Assembly: GCA_965116885.1 (NCBI GenBank)
Contig: OZ220741.1
Span: forward strand, 2,368,001-2,432,000
Direction: 5' to 3'
Length of the DNA stretch: 64,000 nt
Source: Candidatus Latescibacterota bacterium
GTDB taxonomy: Bacteria > Latescibacterota > UBA2968
The notes under the pieces are model-generated. The model saw nothing but the letters and a program-made list of their open reading frames with translations. It made no database searches and was not told the DNA's origin. Positions 20,861 to 29,302 of this stretch are shown here, piece by piece. Made by a program: the position numbers and the translations under genes. The stretch's first letter is position 1, and every line of letters starts with the position of its first letter.

Positions 20861-23800
20861 TTACATGCTCGTGCGCACGCCGAAATAGATCTCGCGGGTG
20901 CGATTCGTGTAGCTGTTCCACTGATCCCAGATCTGGTTGTTGTCCCGCACCACCACTGGCGTGGGCTGGTTCTCAGCCAGACCATACTTCGGTATGTCGT
21001 GGAAGAAATTCCACCTGCGGATCGAACGCGGCTTTTTGGCGTTGAACAAATTGGTCGCCTCAAAGAACACGGTCGGACGCAATTTCCCGATCCGGAAGCC
21101 CTTCTGAATGCCCAGATCCGTGCGGAATGCCGTTGGGTTGGTGAACAGCAGCTGGTTCCTGATCAGCTTGTTGGCCGTCGAGGGAGATGGCGTGGGCTGG
21201 CTATAGCGGAAGAATGTGCCCGGTTCGATTCGCAGCACCAGGTTCACGTTCAAATCGCTCAGCACCTTGCTCCCGCCCACCTCTGGACCATAGCCTTCGG
21301 GCGTGGCAAACAAAAATGTGATGCTTCCATCGCCCGTGGCATCGCGCATGTTGGCAGGACCGCGCACACCTCCTATTGTGTGTATACGAGCCGCAATATT
21401 CCGCTCGTCAGTCCAGGGGAATCCAACCTGTGCATCCGGCACCTGATTGGCGAATTTTTCGGTGATCCACAATTCCCGGTTGGCGTCGATTTCCTGCTGC
21501 ACCAGCTGGTCGGCAAACATGCCAATAGCATTGACCTCGGCACTCGACAGGGGTTGCCAGACGCGCTCACCCGTAGTCTGGTCGATTGCAAACTTGAAGC
21601 GATACGCATCTTTGGCCAGGAAGTCCGAATCCACGAACCAGCGCCCCACCCACTCCCGACCACCGTAGAAGTTGTTCTGCTCCCAGTACCAACTCCACGT
21701 CGCGCGGAAAGAGAAGAAATTGGTGAATCGCTTGCTCACAGCCAATTCCAGGCCGCGCGTTTCACCGCTGTACGCGTTCTGATACCAGTGTGCGCGCTTG
21801 ATCTGCTTCTCTACCGGATCGTGCAAAAACGTGTTGTTCTGCTGGAGATAGTCTTCTGTGCGGCGGTAGAACATCGTCGCATTGGCCGTGTAGTCCGAAA
21901 CAAAGTTCCAATCGACACCCACTTCGTAGTTCACCGTGCTGCCCGGGCGCGAATTCGTCGATCCGCGCTTGGTCGAGCCCATTTCCAGGCCGCCGTAATA
22001 CTCATACGAGCTATATCTGCCGTCTGCGTTCAGGTCTTCGGCTATGCTTCGGCCCGAAGCCGCCTGCCAGGTCTGCCCATACATCGCATAGAAAATCGGG
22101 AGGACGAAGAACCGGCCGTATGAGAAGTGAATCGCAGACCGCGCGGTAATCGGGTGAGATACCCCAAAGCGCGGCGACAGTTTGAACATATTTAGACCAT
22201 CATAAGTGGGGAATGACTGCGGATTGTTGGGATAGGGCGTTTGACCCTGCCGCGCCAACGACGCATCTGCATCGGCAAACCAGCGGTTTTGAGGCAGCAC
22301 CGACCACACGGGTTCGGGACGCGTCTGACCGCCGTGGTCAAACGCATCCAGACGCACGCCCACGTTTACGACCATCCCCTCAAATTCCATTTTGTCCTGT
22401 GCATAAGCTCCAAGCTGGAATGCCCCTCTCGGATAATCCCGGAAGGCGTTCCAGGCAGGGTCGTCGAGATTGCCAGCCCCTCTTAAATCGGGGAGTTTAA
22501 CGCCGTTCACAGTCGTGGCGGGCACAAAGTCCATCTGACCATCTGCACCCAACCGGTTCTGAGCCGATGCATAGTAGTCGTACATCGTCCAGACCCGATA
22601 ACTGCCCGATGTTCCACGGCTCTGTGATTCCCACTGGTAGGTCCGGAACCAGGTTGCTTCGGCTCCTGCCTTAAAGAAATTTCCCTTTGTTACCTGACTG
22701 GAGAAATCGAATTTCAAATTGTGGCGCGTTTGACGATTCAATCGGTAGTCCCGAACCTCACGAGGTGTTGCCGTAAACCACTTGTCGTGGTCCCGAACCA
22801 CATTGAACGTTTCTATAGGCATCCCCGATGTGTCTTGCTCGCTGTCTGAACGCGAGATACGCAACTCGTACAGGGTGCGGGAAGACAGAGAGTGCGTTAA
22901 ATACGCGTACAACATTGAGTTCCATTCGATCTCTTTGCCCGCACCATCTATGCCTGCGGGCAAATACAGATCTCGACCGGCTGATAATGCCGACTCCCGC
23001 GTGTTGCGGAAATTCTGGTTCGTTCCATACACACCACCCAACTTCAGGTTGATATTGGGCCTTAAGCCAAATGTCAATTTGCCCGTTACCTGATAATTGG
23101 GCAGGCTCCGAAGTGCGGGGTCGGGACGCTGCACGGGTTGACGATCTGTCTGCGCGCTCACGTGGAACGAGGTGTTGTTCCCAATGGGACCCGAAAGGGA
23201 ACCCTCCAGGCGATGCCCCGATACATCTGTGTAATCGTCTGGCTGGATATGTACCAGACGTCCCGAATCATCTGCTGTGCCGGGCAATCCATCGGCACCA
23301 ATATCTTCTTTTTCCTGCAACCAGGCCGGATCGTCCAGGCGGATGCGGCTTCTGCCCGTACCCTGGTTCAGGTGAATGATCGGGTCATAGGCATTGAAGC
23401 CGTAATGCCGCTTTCCGGCAACTGTATATCGATACTCGAAGAATCCGTGGTAGTCTCGGCTACCCTCTCGCGTCACGATATTGATGATCCCGGCGTCCAT
23501 GTTTCCGTATTCGGCTTCTGGAACACCGGTTACTACAGAGATTTCCTGGATTGATGCGCGGTTCACACCCGTGAACATATTTGCCGCGCGGCGGTCATTA
23601 TTCACCATCCGCACACCGTCAACAGTATAGGTGAGTGAAATGGGCTTTGGCGTTGTCGTGTACCAGCCCGCACGGCGTTCGCCTTCGTCCATTTGAAAGT
23701 TGCCCTGCCGCACCGACCGTCCGTCTTTCTGTACGCCCGGTTGCAAGCCCGCCCACGCCCGAGCATCTTTGACCACGGGCTGCAAGTCGATCTCGTCAGC

Positions 23801-24208
23801 CGTTACGTAGTATTTGCTCGCGGTCTTGTCCGGCTCTACGGGTGGACGCTCTGCCGTCACGATCAGTTCTGCGGCTTCCAGTGCTGTCTCGGTGAGCCTG
23901 AAATCCACTGTGGTGGTATAGCCCACCACCACTTTCACATCTTGCTGCACCACCTTCTGGTACCCCACCAGCGAGGCTTCCAAACTGTGCGTTCCCGGCA
24001 GGACCAGCAAGATGATATAATATCCTTCTGCATCTGCTGTCGCCCCCCGGTTTGTTCCCACAATCACGACGTTGGCACCGGGCAAGGGATCGCCTTTGAT
24101 ATCCATTACCCTGCCAGCTATTTTACCCGTTGTTGCCGCCTGTGCCCAATCCTGGATACCCAGGAAACAGACCAGCAAAACGGACAAAAATGCTAACTTT
24201 CTTATCAT
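20861..24208 (-). CDS. TonB-dependent receptor with N-terminal CarboxypepD_reg-like domain
   Basis: TTGKIAGRV..GDPLPGANVVIVGT; plug region (IQEISVVTG...EYGN...GIINIVTREG); barrel motifs LSPRFGVSHPI and REIYFGVR. Confidence 0.92.
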   Translation of the reverse strand: MIRKLAFLSVLLVCFLGIQDWAQAATTGKIAGRVMDIKGDPLPGANVVIVGTNRGATADAEGYYIILLVLPGTHSLEASLVGYQKVVQQDVKVVVGYTTTVDFRLTETALEAAELIVTAERPPVEPDKTASKYYVTADEIDLQPVVKDARAWAGLQPGVQKDGRSVRQGNFQMDEGERRAGWYTTTPKPISLTYTVDGVRMVNNDRRAANMFTGVNRASIQEISVVTGVPEAEYGNMDAGIINIVTREGSRDYHGFFEYRYTVAGKRHYGFNAYDPIIHLNQGTGRSRIRLDDPAWLQEKEDIGADGLPGTADDSGRLVHIQPDDYTDVSGHRLEGSLSGPIGNNTSFHVSAQTDRQPVQRPDPALRSLPNYQVTGKLTFGLRPNINLKLGGVYGTNQNFRNTRESALSAGRDLYLPAGIDGAGKEIEWNSMLYAYLTHSLSSRTLYELRISRSDSEQDTSGMPIETFNVVRDHDKWFTATPREVRDYRLNRQTRHNLKFDFSSQVTKGNFFKAGAEATWFRTYQWESQSRGTSGSYRVWTMYDYYASAQNRLGADGQMDFVPATTVNGVKLPDLRGAGNLDDPAWNAFRDYPRGAFQLGAYAQDKMEFEGMVVNVGVRLDAFDHGGQTRPEPVWSVLPQNRWFADADASLARQGQTPYPNNPQSFPTYDGLNMFKLSPRFGVSHPITARSAIHFSYGRFFVLPIFYAMYGQTWQAASGRSIAEDLNADGRYSSYEYYGGLEMGSTKRGSTNSRPGSTVNYEVGVDWNFVSDYTANATMFYRRTEDYLQQNNTFLHDPVEKQIKRAHWYQNAYSGETRGLELAVSKRFTNFFSFRATWSWYWEQNNFYGGREWVGRWFVDSDFLAKDAYRFKFAIDQTTGERVWQPLSSAEVNAIGMFADQLVQQEIDANRELWITEKFANQVPDAQVGFPWTDERNIAARIHTIGGVRGPANMRDATGDGSITFLFATPEGYGPEVGGSKVLSDLNVNLVLRIEPGTFFRYSQPTPSPSTANKLIRNQLLFTNPTAFRTDLGIQKGFRIGKLRPTVFFEATNLFNAKKPRSIRRWNFFHDIPKYGLAENQPTPVVVRDNNQIWDQWNSYTNRTREIYFGVRTSM

Positions 24209-24235
24209 CTTTATGCCTCCTTATATAAAGAGTTA

Positions 24236-24985
24236 TTACATCACGTAGTACTTGACTGAAAGTCCGATCTCGAAATAGTGCAGCGGAAAGGTCCGCGCAA
24301 CGCCATAAGATTCCAGCTGACGCAATTCCCCGATCAGCAGGTTCCACCGCGCCCGCGCATCAACTGCTGCGCGACTACCTGCCAATACCTCCACACCCAA
24401 ACCCACGTTGAGCCCCCACGCCACATCCGTATCGTCAAACGGCGCCAGTTCCAATGTCGGATCGATCCCCCCGCCCAGGTTCGGTTGTCCTGCAAAGATC
24501 AGGCCCGATACCGAATTTTTGTAGTGGTAAAATCCACCGCCATAGGTGATGAAGGGACTGCCGATCACGCTGTCTGATCCACCCGTGCGCCCCCTGAGGT
24601 GATACAAGCCGTTGATCGTAAACGCATTGACGGTCATGTAATTGCGCGCCAGCGGGCTTGTGATTTTCTGCCACTCCTCCGGCTTGTCTTCGGGCCAGTA
24701 AAAAGTCGCTTCTTGAATTTTGCCGGGATCAAAGCGCGTGCGGTGATATTCTACCTCCAGGGTATTGCGCGCATCCCGCGCATAGGTGAAATACAGCCCG
24801 AATGCTTCCTGTGCGTGAAAGCGGTTCTTCATCCCGAATACGGGAAAGTTGAAGTTACCGCTCAAGCCCAGGCCAACTTTTCCCACCACGCCCGTGTCCT
24901 GCCCATGGGCATCGCCATGGCTATTGCCTGGAAGCGCGAAAAACATCAAACAAATTGCGGAAATTATCCCTCGTTTCATACGCAA
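24236..24985 (-). CDS. Outer membrane beta-barrel protein (OmpA-like transmembrane domain)
   Basis: Signal peptide; PFITYGGG, WGLNVGLGVE and terminal EIGLSVKYY strands. Confidence 0.75.
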   Translation of the reverse strand: MRMKRGIISAICLMFFALPGNSHGDAHGQDTGVVGKVGLGLSGNFNFPVFGMKNRFHAQEAFGLYFTYARDARNTLEVEYHRTRFDPGKIQEATFYWPEDKPEEWQKITSPLARNYMTVNAFTINGLYHLRGRTGGSDSVIGSPFITYGGGFYHYKNSVSGLIFAGQPNLGGGIDPTLELAPFDDTDVAWGLNVGLGVEVLAGSRAAVDARARWNLLIGELRQLESYGVARTFPLHYFEIGLSVKYYVM

Positions 24986-25091
24986 CCCTCCTTGTGACGC
25001 CCACTCAATGCGAGTGGGGTTAATTGCTAAGAAACACTATCTATTTTTATAGCTAATAAAAGTAAAACTTAAAAATAATAATGACAATTGT

Positions 25092-25110
25092 GATAATGGT
25101 AAGTATTAGC
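25092..25110. promoter_or_regulatory. Fur-box-like operator
   Basis: GATAATGGTAAGTATTAGC matches GATAATGATAATCATTATC at 15/19 positions and lies at the predicted transcription start of the OMP-TonB operon. Confidence 0.55.
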
Positions 25111-25117
25111 TTACTAA

Positions 25118-25146
25118 AATTTAAAACGCTTGTACTCAGATGTCAA
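25118..25146 (-). promoter_or_regulatory. Sigma70-type promoter of the OMP-TonB receptor-PorV operon
   Basis: Minus strand TTGACA-17 nt-TAAATT. Confidence 0.6.
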
Positions 25147-25419
25147 GCGGTTTTGATACAAAAAATTCTGCCATTTGGCAGAATTGGGAATTAGTATAGA
25201 TATATACACTTATAAAAAAACGTTTATATCTGCTTATGATTATTAGTATCAACACTTCGGACGATAGCGGATAGCGTCCGTATATTTCTGTAAAATGAGG
25301 TGCGCCCCATTCTTTGACCCGGTATAAAGGCTAATGAACGGGGCTGAACATCGCCCCGTTTTACCCCGCTTGACATTGGGTGTCAGCGTGGTATTTTCTC
25401 ACCAACAGGAGGATCTACC

Positions 25420-25704
25420 ATGGGTAAGAAAACCAAGAAGTCCTACTCCGCTAAACTTAAGTTCCAGATCGTGTTAGAGGCATTGACCTCAGACAAAGAA
25501 GATGCAGAATTCGCGCGTGCTTACGATGTGTATCCGGTGAGTCTATCAAACTGGAAGCGTCAGTTTATAGACAACGGTGCACAGATTTTCTCTGGCAATG
25601 ATACGGTCAAAACGTATGAAGCGCGTGTGTCTGATCTGGAGCGGTTGTTAGGTCAGAAAGAAGTAGAACTGGCCTTGCTCAAAAATTTTTTAGGCAACCG
25701 TTGA
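25420..25704 (+). CDS. IS3-family transposase OrfA (HTH)
   Basis: KSYSAKLKFQIVLEAL...ARAYDV...LSNWKRQF...ELALLKNFL; RBS AGGAGG; A/T run AAAAATTTTTT at the 3' end near the OrfA/OrfB overlap. Confidence 0.85.
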   Translation: MGKKTKKSYSAKLKFQIVLEALTSDKEDAEFARAYDVYPVSLSNWKRQFIDNGAQIFSGNDTVKTYEARVSDLERLLGQKEVELALLKNFLGNR

Positions 25705-26232
25705 GCCTGTCAGACCAAGTAGAACTGGTCGAAAAGCATAAGGACAAGTATGGTCTGAATATGTGCTGCCGTGCCTTAGGCTTGTCGAAAGGGACACTTG
25801 CTTATCGTCGCGGTCGGGCCTCTTGTTCGCAGGCAGATACCCAGATAGGCGATATACTGTCTGGACCAGTTACAAAATAACTTGGCCTGTTTGGACAGGA
25901 GACTGTCTGACATCCTCATTCATCACGACCGCGATTCGGTTTATACCTCATACGACTGGTTACATCGTGTGTTGATAACAGAACAGGCAGGGATTTCTTT
26001 TGCGATGAATGGGGCAAAAGATAATCCGTGGATAGAGTCCTTTTGGGGACGTTTCAAAACCGAAAACAAAACTTTGATTATGCACGCAGACTCTTTGACA
26101 GAACTTATCTGTGTGACACAGAAGCAAATGACGTATTACAATCAAGACCGAAGGCATTCTGCTTTGAACTATCGTACGCCACAAGAAGTGGTGCAGGCTA
26201 TTCTTATGAGAAATATCACGGCTGATCCTTAG
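25701..26232 (+). pseudogene. IS3 OrfB integrase remnant with internal deletion
   Basis: N-terminal part (LSLSDQVELVEKHKDKYGLNMCCRALGLSKGT...) stops at ~25880; the C-terminal rve part (IHHDRDSVYTS, DNPWIESFWGRFKTE, YYNQDRRHSALNYRTP) is in another frame; the central region is missing. Confidence 0.8.
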
Positions 26233-26338
26233 CGTAAATTAGCATCCTAACTGGTTCAAATTTTGGGTTACAGATCCCTTTGCAATCCGAGAACTTGGCA
26301 ACGCTTGGCTGGTGTATAGAATTGTATAGTTAATTCTT

Positions 26339-26376
26339 AATTGCCAGCCTGTCAGGATAACGATAGGCTGGCAATT
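26339..26376. other. Strong stem-loop upstream of the TPR gene
   Basis: AATTGCCAGCCTGTC-N8-GATAGGCTGGCAATT (14/15 Watson-Crick pairs plus one G-U). Confidence 0.65.
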
Positions 26377-26409
26377 TCGAGATTTATGAGGTGTGTAAAA
26401 AATAAAAAA

Positions 26410-27384
26410 ATGAGACTTATAGCGATTCTGGTCATAGGTGTTCTATTCTTTTGCAATGCCTTAGATATTTTCTCCGCTCCAGTATCTGAGAATTCAGATT
26501 CTATCAGACCAATATTGACCAAACCATACCAGATCAAACAATTATTGAGCGACTCAGACCGGCGATTCGAGTCAGGCGACTATGAAGGCGCCATCAGTGG
26601 CTATAAAAAAGTGATTGCACTTGATTCTCTCAGTTTTCATGCGTGGTATAATCAAGGAATGGCTTCCATTGCTATTATAAACGATGAACAAGCACTTGCG
26701 TGTTTCACAAAAGCTGTGGCAATTGACCCTGAAAACGCAGCGGCACTTAATGGAAGAGGCACTGCTTATTTTAATTTGAAACTATATCAAAATGCCATCG
26801 AAGATTTTAAGAGGTGTATTGCATTGGATAGTCAACACTATGGCGCACATTATATGTTAGGCCGTGTTTGGAGCCGCCTTGAGAATTTCAAACAGGCTCT
26901 TATTAGCTATCAATTTGCCGCGAGAATAAATGCGGAACCACAAGAACTGTGGTACAATATCGGCTGCGTTCTTTCTAATCTGGGCAGATACAAAGATGCG
27001 ATTGAGCAATTTGATAAAGCCATGCACCTCAATCCCATATATGAGAAATATAAACCTGATGATATTTGGTTGGAAAAAGGCTATGCGCTGCATAAATTAA
27101 AGCAATTTGCCGAAGCTGAAATTTGCTATATAAAAGTACTTGAATTAAATGAAAATCAGGTTAATGAGAATCGAGCGACATCGTATTACAATTTGGCCTG
27201 TATTTATTCTCTCCAAAAATTATGGGAGCAGTCCTTTGCGTCGTTAAAGCAATCTTTGGAACTTGCTCCAAACTATGCTTCAGATGTTCAGAGTGACGAA
27301 GATTTGAAAGGTTTGGTCAACCATCCTATCTACAGCCTTAAAATCAAAGAGCTCGTTGCAAAACATTCTGAAGTAAAAGAATAG
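26410..27384 (+). CDS. Secreted TPR-repeat protein
   Basis: Signal peptide MRLIAILVIGVLFF; ~7 TPRs; terminal YYNLACIYSL...SDEDLKGL cap; AT-rich coding. Confidence 0.85.
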   Translation: MRLIAILVIGVLFFCNALDIFSAPVSENSDSIRPILTKPYQIKQLLSDSDRRFESGDYEGAISGYKKVIALDSLSFHAWYNQGMASIAIINDEQALACFTKAVAIDPENAAALNGRGTAYFNLKLYQNAIEDFKRCIALDSQHYGAHYMLGRVWSRLENFKQALISYQFAARINAEPQELWYNIGCVLSNLGRYKDAIEQFDKAMHLNPIYEKYKPDDIWLEKGYALHKLKQFAEAEICYIKVLELNENQVNENRATSYYNLACIYSLQKLWEQSFASLKQSLELAPNYASDVQSDEDLKGLVNHPIYSLKIKELVAKHSEVKE

Positions 27385-27394
27385 GAAGTTATTT

Positions 27395-28093
27395 TTGGGT
27401 AAAGTAATTGATTATTTAATTTTTGTGGTGATGGCAGGGTTGGCCGTAAGTATGGGGTATAGTGCGTTTTACGAGCAATTTCTCATTTTAACATCTGAGA
27501 GGCAAGTTTTTGTTACCCTGTCTTACGCGGTTATTTATGGTGGGATTTATATCGCAACGCGTCTTGTTACCAAAGATGAGCGTTTTGAAGATATGATACT
27601 TAAACCCAAAACGACATTACAGAGGGCTGTGCATGACGAGAATCATATATTTTCTATCAAGATATTCTGCATAATGGTTCTGCTATCTGGAATCTGGCTA
27701 AATGGGTGGTCAAGATATACTGATGAGTTTGATTGGGGAGGTGCTCCCTGGTTGCTATTTAGATTTCTTCTGGTGAGTTCAATAGGTTTGGGTATCTTCT
27801 GGGTATTTCTGTCCGTGTTTGTCTATGTAATTTTTCAGTTCTTCCGAGGTATCCAGTTTAGCATAATTTTCAGATTATGTGGGTATGTCTTTATTCATTT
27901 TATTGTTTTCTTTGTTTTAATTAATGCAACGCTTATTTGGCCTACGGGGGGGTATGATTTTTTAGTTGCTCTCTCTCTATTGGTGCCCGTTGATTTCTCC
28001 TGGTTGATATTATCTTTTATTTTTCTACAATTCATCTGGCCAACGGTTTTGATATTGTGGAGTCTGTTTCAACCATTTGAGCTGATTGAATAA
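27395..28093 (+). CDS. Hypothetical polytopic membrane protein
   Basis: About 6 hydrophobic segments; 10 bp downstream of the TPR gene; TTG start after AGGAAG. Confidence 0.65.
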   Translation: MGKVIDYLIFVVMAGLAVSMGYSAFYEQFLILTSERQVFVTLSYAVIYGGIYIATRLVTKDERFEDMILKPKTTLQRAVHDENHIFSIKIFCIMVLLSGIWLNGWSRYTDEFDWGGAPWLLFRFLLVSSIGLGIFWVFLSVFVYVIFQFFRGIQFSIIFRLCGYVFIHFIVFFVLINATLIWPTGGYDFLVALSLLVPVDFSWLILSFIFLQFIWPTVLILWSLFQPFELIE

Positions 28094-28186
28094 GATGGAA
28101 CTATTATTTTATTTTTTTAGTGCTGATTATTGTGGTGTGCATTTCACAAAATCATTCAAAATACGATCCAGATCCGTTTGTAAATC

Positions 28187-28276
28187 GTTCTAACTCTTGA
28201 TTTGATGTGAAACAAAAATTGCGATGAGTATAGACCAGATATTTCAAGAACTGAATATAAAAGGCGAATTGGTATC
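28187..28276 (+). repeat. Direct repeat copy 1: 5' UTR and first ~17 codons of the PCAT gene
   Basis: GTTCTAACTCTTGATTTGATG...ATGAGTATAGACCAGATATTTCAAGAACTGAATATAAAAGGCGAATTGGTATC, matching 36700-36787. Confidence 0.9.
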
Positions 28277-28582
28277 TGAGGGTCGGAGTTTTGTTTATGT
28301 GCTGTCCTTATATTGAAAATAAAAAAACTGCCATTCACGATTTTTTATGCAAAAAGTAGAAATATGCGGCACATAATGAGAAATAAGCGTAGTATTTTTT
28401 GAATTGCGATTCCACAAACGATTGTAGTATATTAAATTAAAAGCCGCCAACAAGACCTGGAAAAGTCCCCTGTTAGCGGCGGGTTAGTATCTCAAGCGGA
28501 TAACTTGAGAACACTAAAATCAAAAATAACTACTCGAAGCTCTATTGTCAACCACCGAGATTTGTGGCTTGCTGATTATAAT

Positions 28583-29248
28583 ATGGACAAGCAGAAAATT
28601 TTGATCGTAGGTCATGCAATCTATACTATGTCGGGGTTCATAAGATTCTTGATAGATGACCCTCATGAAGTATTTACTGCACCAGATGGGCGAGAAGGGC
28701 TTGAAATTTTAAGAAGAGAGCAGATAGACCTTGTCATAGCCGAAATGTATATAGAGGACGTTGATGGGATACACTTTGTGAGGTGCATATCGGCGGAGAA
28801 AATTCAGATAGATATCTTGCTCAGGGCAAGGTCTGAATTCCCGGATTTGGGCGAACAAATACCCAAGACAAGCATAAGTGTGTCCCCCATAATAAGAGAT
28901 ACATTTTTGGTGAAGGTCAAGACGTTTGTGCCTTCATACGATCTGTGGAAAACAAAATTGGAATCATTTCTGAATGAACATTACAGCAATCCAGAGCTAA
29001 AATTTGATGAACTCATGAACTATTTCCAAATCTCCAGATCATACGGTTGCAAACTGTTCAAAAAATATTTGGGCAAGCCCTTCCGTGAAGCATTGAGGGA
29101 GGTCAGAATTGGAAAGGCAAAATCACTGCTCGAAGAAACGCTATTGCCCATTTCTGAAATTGCGGAAAGCAGTGGTTTTCGTTCATCATCGCGTTTCAGA
29201 GAAGCTTTTAAAAGATTATACGGCATATCTCCTCGCGCTTACCGCTAA
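28583..29248 (+). CDS. AraC-family regulator with degenerate receiver domain
   Basis: Receiver-like N-terminus (KILIVGHA, APDGREGLEIL..EQIDLVIAEM) and AraC HTH (ISEIAESSGFRSSSRFREAFKRLYGISPRAYR). Confidence 0.85.
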   Translation: MDKQKILIVGHAIYTMSGFIRFLIDDPHEVFTAPDGREGLEILRREQIDLVIAEMYIEDVDGIHFVRCISAEKIQIDILLRARSEFPDLGEQIPKTSISVSPIIRDTFLVKVKTFVPSYDLWKTKLESFLNEHYSNPELKFDELMNYFQISRSYGCKLFKKYLGKPFREALREVRIGKAKSLLEETLLPISEIAESSGFRSSSRFREAFKRLYGISPRAYR

Positions 29249-29302
29249 AAAATGGATGAGACGATAAGTTAAGCTTTGATCATCCAGGTTGAGGGCAATA
29301 TA

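Larger units (their letters stand above)
25296..26277 (+). mobile_element. Degenerate IS3-family insertion sequence
   Basis: OrfA plus broken OrfB; imperfect terminal IRs TGAGGTGCGCCCCATTCTTTGACCCGGT vs reverse complement GGATCTGTAACCCAAAATTTGAACCAGT (17/28 identical); no clear target-site duplication. Confidence 0.75.

Noticed and set aside
20786..22123. 445-aa plus-strand ORF
   Set aside because: Antisense shadow of the well-supported TonB receptor, with no recognisable motifs.
25296..26277. Active IS or composite transposon mobilising the island
   Set aside because: OrfB is internally deleted, the IRs are degenerate, and no second copy, integrase or tRNA att site was seen at the right boundary (~41.5 kb).
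28224..28316. Short ORF MSIDQIFQELNIKGELVSEGR... as an independent peptide gene
   Set aside because: Explained as the truncated duplicate of the PCAT N-terminus.
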